Assembly: GCA_050084985.1 (NCBI GenBank)
Contig: JBITNC010000001.1
Location: forward strand, 115,444,001 to 115,508,000
Source: Nageia nagi
Taxonomy: Eukaryota > Plantae > Pinophyta
Reading direction: 5' to 3'
Length of the DNA stretch: 64,000 bases
Shown here: piece by piece, positions 40,371 through 54,479 of the stretch
How positions within the stretch are numbered: position 1 is the stretch's first letter
Layout of the letters: each line of letters begins with the position of its first letter
Made by a program: the position numbers and the translations under genes
Notes under the pieces: generated by a model
Told to the model about the DNA's origin: nothing
Database searches by the model: none
Seen by the model: only the letters and a program-made list of their open reading frames with translations

Positions 40371-43300
40371 GGGCTATAGTAAAGTTTACAGGACCTACAT
40401 TACAGTTGTGGGAATCCTACAAAGCCAAATAAAAGATTCAAGGAGTGAATATTAAGTAGGAGGATTTCATAGTTTCTTTCAATAAGCAATATATAATAGA
40501 ATAATTTTATTATGAAAAAAATGATTCATTATACACTCTTTATCAAGGAAACTTATCAATAGAATAATATGATTACAAATATATTAAAGTGTAGAAATAT
40601 ATACCCAATGATAAAAATGATTTATAAGTTCATAGATCTATTTTGGGGTTAGATGCTAGAATCAAAATAGCAGTAAATATGCATAAGTATCAAACTTTTC
40701 AAAAAGCTTATGATATTTCTCATCAAGCAAAGAGTAACTTAGGATCAAAAAGATCATTCATGAATTTAGCATCTTAAATAAAGATGAGAAATACGAAATG
40801 AGAAACATGAACAATAAAAGGTTCAAGGGAAATAATTATCATTAAAATCATAATTAACCTCAGAAAAAGAACAAAAATAATAATAATGGTGCAAGAGAAA
40901 TATTTATATCTTTTTCACTTATTTGAGATATACCAAAGGCATAAAAAATTTTGATAGAAGGTTGGTTAGTTGAGTATAGCTCCAGGAAAACTAATTTTAT
41001 AAATCAATATCTTAGTAAATATGAAATAAAGCTACCTAGAGGGGTTATAGAATAGGATCTTTATGTAGCACCCTTACATTCCTATGATATAATCTTTGGA
41101 ATGGATTGGATTCTACCTCACAAAGCTTTAATTGAGAATCATGAAAGATGGATAGCATTTTATGACATCAATATATAATGATAAAGGATTTATTATGAGT
41201 GAAGTAATATTAAAATCTATCTTTTTGTTATACAGTTAAAGCAAACAATGTGAAGAGGTGAGATGATTTATGCAATGGAAGTGAAAGAGGTAGAAAATGA
41301 TAAATCATAAGAGAAAATATTCCAACAATACCCTCTTTTACAAGAATTCATGGATATATTTCCAAACAATGTTTTGGTATTACTATCAAAATGAGAATTT
41401 GATTTTTCAATTGATTTGATTCCTGGTGCTAAGCCTATATCAAAGACTCTAAAAAGGATTAATAAAATCATGATGTAGGAGTTAAAGGTACAATTACATG
41501 ATCTGCTAGAAAAAAGGTTTAATTAAGCCAAGTGTGTCACCTTGGGGTGGTTTTGTTCCTTTCATGAAGCAAGATGGTTTTGTGAGGTTATACATAGACT
41601 ATCAAAGGTTGAACAAATTTAGGATAAATACTAGCTATCCTTTACCTTGAATTGGTGATTTGTTAGACCAAATTAAGGATGTCTTCATATTTTCAAAAAT
41701 TGATTTAAGATTTTATTATCACCAATTGAGAATCAAAAGTTTAGATACACACAAAATAAATTTTAAGACTAGATATGGATACTATGAGTTTGTATTGCTT
41801 CCTTTCAAATTAACAACTATACTTGTTTTATTCATGAATCTTATGAACACCATTTTTCATGAGTACTTGGACAAATTTGTTTTGGTATTTTTAAATGATA
41901 TCTTCACTTATTCAAGAAATAAGGAAGAACATGACTATCATCTTAGGAAAGTATTGGATGTACTAAAAAAACACCAACTTTTTAAGAAACTTCCTAAGAG
42001 TGAATTTTATGTACCTCAAGTATAATATTTCAAACATATAATATCATCATAAGGTGTGCTTATAGATTGTAAAGAGATCAAATAAGTTATATTTTTGCCT
42101 GATCCAACCAATATAATAGAGATAAGAATTTTTATGGGTCTTGTTGGTTACTATCATTGATTTGTTAAGAATTTTTCTAGAATAACAAATCTTATTACAA
42201 GTCTCCAAAAATAGAATCAAAATTTTAAGTGGACTGAAAAATATGAGAAAGCCTTTGAAATTCTTATAGAGAAGCATACAACTGCACCGATACTGGCTAT
42301 ACTAGATCCTTTTGGAGATTTCATAATTTACATTGATTCTTCTTTTCTTGGTTTGGGAGATGTCTTTTCTCAAGATGATAGGCTTGTAGCATTTGAGTCT
42401 TAAAAGTTAAAGATTATTGCACTTAATTTTAAGAGATATTATTTGTTACAAAGACCTTTTGAACTTAAGTTAGATCAGTAGAGTTTGAAGTATATTTTCA
42501 ATTAGAATGATCTTAATGCATACATCTTATAACTATGACTAAAATTCATTTTGAATTATTAGATCAGGTGAAATAATATGAAAATAATAATCCATCTTGT
42601 ATTAAGATCAATTAAAATATGGAAAATGTTAATTCTTCAATGAAAGATTTTGAGTACAAACATGGGTTTATGTACTTTAAGGGGAGGATTATTATTCCAA
42701 TATACTAGTGGTATTTGAAAAAGTATCTTGCAAGAAGCAAATCAATCACCTCTTTTTTATCATCCATGGGGTATGAATATGAGAGAAAATCTCAAAAAGA
42801 CTTTTTGTTAATGTGTAATGAAGAAAGATTTGAATGAGTTTGTAACTAGATGCTTATAATGTTCAGAGGTGAAAGTTAGGAAAGTAGAATCCAGGTGGAA
42901 TATCTTATCTACATGATATTCCTATGCAAAAAATAGCAAAAGATATCAATGAATTTCATTGTAGGTCTCCCTAAAATGAGATTTCAACACAATGTCATTT
43001 TTTTTATTGTTGACTATCTCACTAACATGTCTCACTTTATTCCTATAAATACTAAAGATGATGCATGAACTATTGCACATAAGTTCATGAAGAAAATTAT
43101 TTAGTTACATTGATTTCCTAAAATCATAGTCTCTAATAGTGATCATAAGTTTACTTCTTAGTTTTGGAGAAATTTGCACCAAGTGGTGGGAATAGCTTAT
43201 CATCTTCAAATAGATGGTCATACTGAATGAGTTAATAGGGTACTTGAGGACATGTTGTGGATGTATTGTATGGACCAAAAAACTAAATGGTAAGACTACT

Positions 43301-43958
43301 TGTACTTGGTTGAGTTCTCTTATAAAAGCTCTTATCATTGTTCTTTGTAGATGGTACCTTTTGAGACACTATATGGAAGGAAGCATAGAACTCCATTTTC
43401 ATGGAATAATTTGAATGATTAAGTAGTGATTAAGTCAGATCATCTAAGGAAAAAGGAAGAACAACTTAAATGATTAGAAAAAGCCTTAAGGAAGCATCCA
43501 ATCATTAAAAGCGATATGGATATTTGAAAAGAACTCCTCAAGAATTCTTTGTGGAAGACAAAGTATTCTAATAAGTTTAACCTATGAAAAGTGCCATCAG
43601 ATCTACCCAATTGGATCCATAATTTATAGGGCCTTTTCAAGTCATAGGAAAGATAAGCCTAGTTTCCTATAAGCTTTCCAAACCACTCACATTGTCAAAG
43701 ATTAATGATGTATTTCATATATTATTTCTTAGGAAATATATTTCTCATCCTTCACATGTTTTAGAATTTGGTAAATTGCAAATGGCCGATCTAGTGTCCA
43801 TTGAGATGCTTATTATGAGATTTCTTGGTCTTAGACTCAAGAAGCTGACAAATAAAGAAATAAAAGAGTGTAATATTTTGTGGGATCAATACTTTGAGTC
43901 TTCTACAACATCAAAAGATGATGATCTTATGAAAGAACAATTTTCTTATTTGTTTTGA
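40371..43958 (+). pseudogene. gag-pol of chromovirus copy 2, 5'-deleted and decayed
   Basis: RT ORF 41660-42025 (FKTRYGYYEF...LDKFVLVFLNDIFTYS); chromodomain-like ORF 43692-43958; PPT AAAAGGGGAAGGA followed by TGTCATAACCC at 44030. Confidence 0.92.
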
Positions 43959-45020
43959 TGTTTTATGCTCTTATTTGTGATTAAATAATAATAACACAAA
44001 GGATTATGTTATTATTAAAAGGGGAAGGATGTCATAACCCTTTCTTTTTGCATTTATGTATGATTCAATTATTATGTTTGAAGTATGGGGTTATTGCATA
44101 TTTGTGTTTCGAATATTTGATATCATATGCTATTTATATATTTTTGATCTTGATATCATGTGAAATAAGTTTGATACTATTGTGGTTTCATATGATATAA
44201 GAAAATGTAGTCCTATAAGTGAACCACTTTGCTATTTATATGGATATGATTTAACACTGATAGCCTTAAAGGAAAGTTGTTTCATTTTGGTTGAATGAGC
44301 TCCTTGTGTTCATATTCCCTTTAGGGATCATTATTTGAGTGAGAAAGATGATGGATTAGCCTAGTTCTTAGCTTCATATCTACAAATTTAAATAGAAAAT
44401 TAAATAGGTGCATATAGAAATGAATTTACGTATTAGGCATATTTAGATTGTAAGAAAGAAATAAAAGTGTTAAATTAGTTTGTATTCGATTAAAAACAAT
44501 GTAAATAAATAAACATATGGATTGAAGGTAACTTGTAATGGATTCATTTTTTATGCATTTAATTACATAAGCTATTTTTAAAATAATGTGCAAAAGGGGA
44601 AAAAGCTAAAAAAAAATAAAAATAAAAACAAATAGATTTTTATAATTGGTCATTTTATGCATTTTGGGGTTTTGCTCCTAGGGAGAAAATTTCAAGAAGT
44701 TTTGGGAGAAAACTACCTTAATAGGGTTGAGCAATTATTCATGGCCTTTTATACTACTATTTATCATGATTCTTATTATTTTATTGGTTAGTTTATCTTT
44801 GGAAATGAAAAAGAAAAGCTAAAGCAAGGATTCAAATTGTATTTTTAGATTTTTTGTACAAATTTGAATCAGGTTCTCTCCATTTCCATTTTATATGCAT
44901 GAGTCGGGTTTGTTGACTTTCATTCATCTATATGCATTTGAAATTTTGAAATAGATTGGTAAATTGATTTTATGATTTCTTCAATTGTATGGAATTGAAA
45001 TCAAGAGAAAATGAAATGAT

Positions 45021-47909
45021 TATCCAAAAAAGTTAATAATAAAAAAAGTTAAGTTTATAATAGTCTTCACTAACCTTTACAAAATGATTATCCAAAAACC
45101 CATTCTCTATGTGTTGCATTCTCCTTACTAGAACAAAAAAACCACCAATGCAAAATAATTCTATGAACTTGCTAAGACTAAGATACAATGGCATTCCATC
45201 AGGCTTATCTTTTTAGGTGCCTTTACATTAGCTACTTCACCCCCTTAGATAACTAGGAGTACTAAAATATGAAGCCTAATATACACAAAACAAAACATAG
45301 AGTAAACTATCTATAATATTTAGTAAAATATAAAAAAATTCTTTATAGTTGAACTTATAGAATCTGATGTAGTTCTTCCTAAGCAGGATCGTTTTGAGTC
45401 CTTGATGCTTCCCAACCTCTTTATACTTCTTAATTTTTTCTCCTCTTTTGAGTCTGTCCTCTTTTAGTATCTCCTTATGTAGTGTAGGGTTCATAGCTTT
45501 CTTGAAGCTTATTGAAGTCTCTTTGCTTGTTATTTTTGGGATTTCTAACCCTATTTGTTTAGCTAATTTACCTTTGGTCTAGTCAAATACTTGGTCATGA
45601 ATATCTAGAGTCTTCTTCTTTTCTTAGGTCATTAAGAGGTCTTGGTACCTATACTTGAAAGTCTAACTAATCTTTCTTATCTTAAAATGTATAGGGGGAT
45701 TTTGCTCTTCAAAATGTACTACTTGAAATCTTCAAAAAAAAATTGCATTTTGCTCTAAAGTGTCTTCTTCTTGTATCACATCTATGGTTATTGGAGAGGA
45801 TAGATCTCTTAGCATTTGACACCTTCTAATTGAGTTTCTCGTACCCTCACTTTTTATTGGGTTATTTTCCAAACACTTTTTGGCTTCTTATATGAGTCTA
45901 TTCTTCTAAGCCTACTAGCTTAGACCCATCATCAATGAAATTGATGCATTCTCTTGAATAACCCTTGCTAGTTCTAATCATCAAAGAAAAATTCCTTTCC
46001 TCTAAAGCATGGAGTATTACTAATTGATGTATGGCATCTAGTGGGCTCTCCTAAGGTTCACTAGTTAGAGGATTAGGAGATCTCTCCTCCATTATAGGAG
46101 GTTCAATGGACTCCATATCCTTTGGAATTGGTGTCTAATCTTCTTGAGACCTATCAACATTTTCTTATTGTAGCTCTAGTTTTGTTCTCTTTCCTACTCT
46201 TGCTAGAACCTCATCACTTTACATGTCCTTCTCCAAAATAAGTTTTCTTTTTAGTCTGTTACTCCTTCTTTATTCCTCCTTTCCAAAAATATTAGAGAAT
46301 GGTCTTTCTTCCATACTTTTAAATTATTTAACTCTAACTTTTAATTGACCCTTGTGATTATATAGGACCTTCCTTCTCTTAGAGGCTACAATCTCCTTCT
46401 CTTTTGTGTTCTTAACACTACTTCCTCCTTTTGTCCCCCATTTAGCTCCAATTGTCATGAGGATATCATTTGCCTCAACTTCTTCTTAAGATTCAATTTG
46501 TGATGAATCTTCATTGTCCATTAATGGGAAGGACTCACTAGTGGAGGCCTCCTTTTCCATCACTTTCTTCTTAAAGTTTTCAAGGCTTTTTATACATTGT
46601 ACCATTAGATAGGGACCTATGTTGGGGACTTGTATCATTTCTTTAACCTCCTAGATGTTTTTATTAGCTATTTTACTCTTGTTTGAGACTTTTCCTACTA
46701 TCTTCTTACCTAGTTCATAGAATTTACCATCAATAATGACTTTTACCTTCAAAACTTTTCTAGGATACATAGCCAAAGCTCTTTCTACCACTAATTTGAT
46801 GACACCAACATGCAAAGTAAAGAAGCTTGTTCTTGTTTAAATTTTTCAATTGAGATTGCCAATGAATTAAAGATAAATATGAGGAAGTTTACCTTATCCA
46901 CATATGGAAATATGAAGTGATTTAGCAAGAAAACATATGAAGTGAGAAGAAATTTGTATCTCCCTTCTAGCATGACATATTTGATAAATATTGAAGCCAC
47001 ACCACCCTTATTTGATATTTCTAGATATCTTTATATTGTATTATTTTTAGTAAAAATTTATTTCTTACCTCAAGTTTGTTCAATTTCTCCTCTCTTCAAA
47101 TATGTAAACCTTCATTTGGAAGCATGATAGCCTATGCTATCATCTCAGGATTGAATACAACCTCCCTTCCATTAACCTCACACCTACCATTCTCCCATGA
47201 TCTTCCTACTTCTAGAGAAATTTCATCATCATGCCTTATGCATGTATTAATAAAGTTCTCTAACCCACCCTTGCAAATTATATTCCATAATAAAGGGTTG
47301 TTCTTGAACTCATATAGGGAGGAAGGCTTTACTCTTACTAGATCACCCCTTATCTCCATAGCTCTAAAACACTCCTACTACACTCCTATACAGCTTAGAT
47401 GATTGTAAGCTTGAAATTGGAATTCTATTTTTTACACCCTTGCCACCCTCGATAATTATGGCCACAAGTGCCTCTCATACTTGAAAGTGCTTATCATGCT
47501 TGATGGAAAATTTGATGTAGGGTGGCTCATGTTGAGGGTCATTGGGAGCCCAACATGGTGCCTTGCGATGATTCCTAATTCTTTGTTGGAACTAACACAT
47601 CATGGATCCATCATATCTTTTAGGAAAACTCATGTTTCTTTAGTCATCCAAATAGGATCGATGTTGATCACCATCCACTAAGAGATGGAGGCTCTCCATT
47701 TAATAATCTTGGACCATTTTGAAAGAGTCCTCTAAATAGGATTTGAACTCCTTATTATAGATAAGCATGTTCTAGCATGGTAATATGACTAGGTTTCTTA
47801 AGTTCTTATGCTAACTAAGTGTTACTGATGAGTCATCAACCCTTAAACCTACTTCATATTAAGAGGACAAATTTTGAAATGGCACCTCTGTTTCTACCCC
47901 ATCCTCCAT
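45021..47909 (-). mobile_element. Inserted fragment carrying a second decayed 'ORF3'-like gene (start 47359) and a K/E-rich tail; probably LINE-derived
   Basis: It interrupts the third LTR. ORF MEIRGDLVRVKPSSLYEFKNNPLLWNIICKGGLENF...SWENGRCEVNGREVVFNPEMIA continues in 46791-47000 and 45276-45494. Confidence 0.55.
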
Positions 47910-49529
47910 TTCTAACAATTTTTTACTTTAAAAATAAAAATATTTATATAAAAAATCTAATATTAAAATAAAGTTATGTTAGGTGGTGCCATAAGGTTTG
48001 GATAGTAAGTGTGGAGAGGTACGACATGCCACAGGGTGATGCCACCCAAGTCGCTTTTCAATTGGGGTCATCTGCATCCCATACCCCTTTGCTGTGTGGG
48101 GAGGGTGATACAAGGAATGGCCTCCAAGCCATGTAGCATGTGGTTCTAGTGCAAGCACCTCCCCCTCACTATGTTGAGTGGGGTAGGGTTTGGGCTACAG
48201 GCCACCCCCAATAATTGATGTTTTGAAAATTTAAATCAATTTCTTTGATTTTTAATCTTAATTTTAAATTTTAAGTTTTTAAAATTGTAAAGTTTATTAA
48301 TATTTTGAATTTCAAATTTTAATTATCTATTTAAATATTTTAATATTTAATTTTAATAGTTTCAAATAATTAAATATTGGGAATTAAAATTTAATGAAAT
48401 ATTTTTAAAATAAGATTCTTTGAATATTAATGAAATTAATATTTAAGAATAGATTTTAAATGTTTAATTATTTGTAATATATACACTAGTTATTATAAAG
48501 AGAAAGATTTGCATAATAAGTGTATAGTGGAATTGACTTTAATGCTAATGTAAATTATTTTTGCATTGAAATTGGGGTAAATATTATTAAGCATTGAATT
48601 TATAATGTGTTCCAAGGAGGTGGAATTATTATAAAGTGTGTAAAATTATGGAGAATATTTGACAAATGTACCTATACTATTATTTGTAATTATCCATATT
48701 ATTATGATCATTTCTTGTACAATATATGTTCCTTGAAGCATCAATCATGAGAGAAAGTGTTGATCAAATATTTAGAAAATTAGAATGCATATCTTCACAT
48801 CTCTCCTTGTTATTTTGAGTGCATTAATTAAGAAAATAGAATACATGAAATCCAAGATATTGGGATTAGATATTTATTAGGTTAGAATGAATAAATGGAA
48901 ACCTATCATGTAAAGGAATTGCATGTTACCTTAGTGAAATATAAAATAAAGTATTTTCTCTTATCCTAAAAGCGTGTAGCTAGTGGTTCACTTTGAAGGA
49001 TGATACCTTGGTGGTTCATGGCTTTCCATATGGAGAAAAAAAGGATATTATGTATTACAAATTGTAAATATGATATTATAAACTTATATCTTGATGAGAT
49101 ATGAAATGTGTAACCTTTATGGTCATATGATATTTTGCTTCATGAATTGATTCATTAATAACATGGGTTGTTTATGTAAATAAATTTTATACTTAGCATT
49201 TAAATTGTATAATTTTACTTACATGAGCATGATGTATCAAAACTAAGCTTAAATAGTAGTGACCAATATTGTTTTTTTTTATCCTCATAGTTTACATTTC
49301 AGTAATGTTTAATTACCATATTGAAACTAGAAATTAAATATATGCTTCTTTACCATAATGCATTCATGAAAAGTATAGTCATAAAATTTTTTCATTTAAG
49401 TTAAGAAGAGAATTTGATGGATAGAGAATGGTTTGGAATTAACTTATAGGTATTAGGAAATTAAGATAGAAAATGCAAGGCTAGTTCTACCTCCAAGATA
49501 AACACCTAGTCAAATATAAGGAGTAGGTT

Positions 49530-50730
49530 ATAATGTTAGTATTAGGAATAGGAAATGTTTAAAAATTTGATGACTAGAGTGCAAAACCCTCCTAACAATG
49601 AAGAAAGAGTTGGTAATAATAGTGTTGATCTAGTCAAATCTAGGATAGATCAAGAATTAGCTAAAGACTTGAAAAAGATTTTGTTTCCAATATTTAAATA
49701 GAAAAAGGAGGTGAAGCTAATGAGTTGTGGTTGGAAGAGATGAAAACCTACTTTTCCATGAAATATATATCTCCTAAAGCTCAAATTGCTTGGGCTATAA
49801 TAAAGTTTGTAGAACTTGCATTACAATTGTGAGAATCCTACAAAGTTGAACAAAAGATTCAATGAGTGAATGTTAAGTGGAAGGATTTTATAGTTTCTTC
49901 TAAGAAGCAATATATAAAAGAATAATTTTATCATGAAAAATATGATGAATTCTACACACTTCAGGAAGGAAACTTATAAGTAGAATAATATCATCATAAA
50001 TTTGTTAAATTATTGAAATATATACCCAAGGTTAAAAATGATTTATAATTTTATAGATTCATTTTAGGGTTAGATGCTAGAATCAAAATAGTAGTAAATA
50101 TGCATAAGCCTCAAAATTTAGAAAAAGCTTATGATCTTTCTCATTAAGCAGAAAGTAACTTAGGAGCTAAAAGATCATTCATGAATTATAGCTTCCTAAA
50201 TGAAGATGAGAAACAAGAAATGAGAAACATGAATAATAAAGGGTTCCTCAAGTGGGAAAAATATCATCAATAATAAAACAATAAAAGGTTCAAAGGAAAT
50301 AATTATTAGCAAAATTAGAATCAACCTCAGAAAAAGAACAATAATAATAATAGTGGTTAATGAAAAATCTTTATATCTTCTTCACTTATTTGAGATATAT
50401 CAAAGGCACAAAAAATTTTGATAGAAGGTTGGTTAGTTAAGTATGGCTATGGGAAAACTAGTTTTATAAACCAATGTCTTAGGAAAGTTGAAATACAACT
50501 ACCTAAAGGGGTTATAGAATAGGATATTTATGTAGGACCATTACATTCATACCATATATTCCTTGGAATGAATTGGATTCAACCTCACAAAGCCTTAATT
50601 GACTATCATGAAATATGGATTTAGTTTTTTGACATCAATCTATAAAGGAAAAGGATTTACTATGGTCAAAGTAATGTTAACTCATATCTTCTTTATGTTA
50701 TTCAATTAAAGAGAACAATGTGAAGATGTG
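49530..50730 (+). pseudogene. gag-protease fragment of chromovirus copy 3 (pol deleted)
   Basis: Collinear with ~26960-28160; flanked on both sides by LTR sequence through deletion junctions. Confidence 0.85.
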
Positions 50731-53700
50731 ATATATTAACTATGTAACCTTTATAGACATATAATATATTACTTCATTAATTGATTTGTTAATAGCATGG
50801 TTAGTTTATGTAAATGAATTTTACACTTAGCATTTAAATCGTATAGTTTTATTTGCATGAGCATGATGTATGAAAAGTAAGGTTAAATAGTGGTGAATAA
50901 TCTTGTTTGTTTCTATCATAGTTTACATTTCAGCAATATTTAATAACATATTGAAATTAGAACTTGAATCTATGCTTCTTTACTATTATGCATTCTTGAA
51001 AAGCATAGTCATAAAGTTTACTCATTTAAGTTAAGAAGAGACTTAAATGGAAACTAAATGGTTTGGAGTCAACCTATAGGTGTTAGGAAATTAAGATAGA
51101 AAATGAAAGGCTAGTTCTATCTCTAAGATAAACACCTATTCAAAGATAATGAGTAAGTTGTCACTTGATGAAAGGTAGTAACTACGGTAGTTATGGGAGG
51201 GTAGTTACTATAGGTTAATGTGGTGTCCTCTTGCATGTATTATTGGTAGGAAAGAGTACATCAATTAAATATCATGGTAGTGAAATATAATGTTAACTTT
51301 CATCACAAGAGGTGATGTAAACTTGATCCACTTGGCATATGCTAATAGATCACTATCATGGGGTAGCATGAAGTGATGTGAAAATCATACTCCTTCTTAT
51401 GTGTATGGACTCTATGAAGAACCTAAATTTCATAGTTAATATAGGTGAGACAAACATGGGATATGTTTGAATCATAGGTTCTCAGTTAGATAAAGTGCAT
51501 GGTAGATGCATTGATGAAAACTAGCTATCACATGACTTGGGTAAAAATGAAAACTAATAATTTCCATCCACTTAAGGTTGGTCTGCAATGATAACATTAA
51601 ACTCAAACTTGGAATGCCAGAACCTATATATGCATATGTAATGGTATATCCTTATAAATTAAAAATTTGTGTCTATTTTAAGGTAGAATTTAGATGGATG
51701 TTTCATAAATTTTAGGATTATTTTTTATTTCATGTGATCTAGGAATTCATTAAAGGCTTTAAAATGGGGTTCCTTACAAAGTATTTCATCTATTAGATCT
51801 TTATAAGGTAGATATTGAAAATTTGAGAAATTATTTCTACATGATGGTATAAAATATTGAAAAAGGCCATTCTTCTTTTCTTTATTAGGTATTTGAACTA
51901 GGCTAACTACTTTTGACCATTCAATAATTAAATCACTAATGAGTTGGTCTTATTTTAATTACAAGTTGTACATGTATAAAGGAGAAGGTTCTTCTCATAT
52001 GTATAAATGGTATCTTTCAATAAATATTTTAACTAAGTCATCAAAATATTGGATACTTTCATTGGGTAAATTTAAAAACCATAAAAACAAATTTGAGCAT
52101 AAAGTAAATGAAAAAATTTTAGGCAATAAATCATCATCATCTTCAAATGAAACAACTTCTAAATAATATCTTTACAAATGTGATTTAGAGTTTGAAAAAC
52201 CATCAAATATTGAAAAAGTTACCTATTTTTCATACCTTATTTGACAGATACAATAGTAAAAGGGGTTTTCATTTCCTCTTGAAATTGTGTCAGGTGCAAA
52301 TTATTGATGGAAGCCATTATATAATACTTTTATTTCTTTATTTAAATTATTTCATTGACTTTATCATGCAAATGTTCTTCATTCTTGGATGCTACATTAG
52401 TATTCTTATTCTTATCTTTAGGCATTTCTAAAAATATTCTAAAGAAATGAAGCTTTTCCTTCTCTAATGTTATGACCAGATTATTAACCATTTCGATTTT
52501 ATGCTCTAGTGAAGCAAATTCAAAGTTAAAGTTGAGATTTAGGAAATTTAGCTCTCATTTTAATATATCTCATATTCAACATCAAACCATCCTGGCCTTC
52601 ATCTTATACAAAATTCAATTATAGTGTGTTCCTCTACCATTCAGACATCCTATATGGTTGGTCTATTAGCTTCCTTAGTATCAATCACATCAATCAATTT
52701 TTCCTCATTAATGTTATCTTCCTATTCTTCTTCATAGTTAAGAAATATTTGTTATATACTAGTTATTCTTTATTTTCCCTTTATGTTTATAAATCTTGGT
52801 TCAAAGTTGAGGTTTGTAATAGAGAGACAAGTTTTCAAGCTCAATGACATCACTAGGATCTAATTCATTAGGAATTGGTTATTATTTAATACATAGGAAT
52901 ATCATTTAGTATATGGGAATTTGTAAATTTTATGAGGTGACTCATTGTAGGGAATAAAAATACTTACATACTTAGTGACATGGGGTTATGGTCATATCAT
53001 TTTGGGTTTATTGCATCATTTTCTTTTTTTGGCATACTAATGATCGATTTCTAAGGTAGATCCTAGGAGATGTTTTACTTCAATGGTCATTTCATATATG
53101 TATTGGAAAAAGAGAGGAAAACATTCTTTTTATACTAACAATTTTCTCCCTTATGGACTAGATAATATTTTTATGAGTACCTAGATAACAACAGGGATGA
53201 GTTCTTCATTTAATTTTTATTGGGCATTTCCATTTTCTTAGAACTCTTCATGATCTTTTGAATGACTAAAATCATCAAGAGTACTATTATATTCATAATT
53301 ATGGTATAATTTTTAAACTCATTAACTTTATCACCTTGGTGCATTGGCATAGTTGTTTTTGGCTCTTTTCATTTTTAGTTGTACAAGAGGATAGTTTATA
53401 GTAGCAACATGAAAGATGATAATTATCCAAAATGATCTAATTGACATTGACCTATAAAACTTAGATTAATGAAAGGTACAAACATGTACTTTACCTCTCT
53501 AAAAAAATATGATATTTGACTCAAAGGATATTAACTATGAGATTATATGTATTTTGGAGCCACCAATCCATCATCAACCCATCACCATCACTAGGATCCC
53601 ATCATCATCACTTGGATACCATTATAGATTACCTTATAATCTTACTCATTATTGTCAACAAACCTTTAATTCTCAGAATATCATGCATAATTACTTCAAA

Positions 53701-54479
53701 AGGATCGTAGTATTGTAGAACTCATAATAAAATAAAATCCATATATGATAGGTGGCATTGTGAAATACTAGCCAATAATGAAGCAAGTATATTACCACCT
53801 ATCAAGGATTCCATATCTTGTCATGATTTCTCATGGAAAATTATTCCACCTTTATAGATACTAGATCTAGTTCCAAGAATCATCTTTTATGTTATGGTGC
53901 ATGTTGGCCAAGATTTGTTCTTGGGCTTATCTCTAAATTAACATATTATCATAAAATAGAAAGGTATATCAATATGCACAATGAAAAGGCTATTTAATTA
54001 CTTAAATATATAAATTATTACAAATACCTAAAGGGGGTATTTTAAATAAATTAAAATCCCTTTTTTACATCGAGAGGCGTTTCTACAGCTGCAGCATGGG
54101 GGTGGAGTGGGGGAGCAAAATGTCGCATGTGAGTCCATCCGTTAAACAATTGGCGAGAAAATAATTTTTTTAAAATTAAAATTATATAGCCAACTGAAAT
54201 ATTAAAAGACACATCTTTTCAAAAATTAATATATAAATGGAACGAAGAATATCAAACATCATAAAAAATCATTCCCAAATCAATCGAGAGATGCAGTGAA
54301 TTCGAACAAGCAAAGTTAGAACAAAAGATTGTAAAAATAGAAGAGAACTTTAATTTTATTGTAAGTTAATTCTCTGCTATTGTAAATATATTTTTACTGT
54401 AATATTTCTTATTTCTTATTTTACATACAATTTATACTCTAAATTCTTTTGCACTTCTATTCGTATAAAACTTTATCAA

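Larger units (their letters stand above)
24588..51705 (+). mobile_element. Head-to-tail array of a Ty3/Gypsy chromovirus (Tekay/Del-like): LTR-int-LTR-int-LTR-partial int-LTR, with nested insertions
   Basis: The same LTR sequence occurs at 24588-26726, 31018-32984+38911-40370, 44030-45020+47910-49530 and 50735-51705; homologous internal regions lie at 26729-31017, 40371-44029 and 49530-50730. Confidence 0.85.

Noticed and set aside
51706-53920. Possible additional decayed TE coding sequence
   Set aside because: It looks like old repeat DNA, but I could not recognise any motif, so it is left unassigned.
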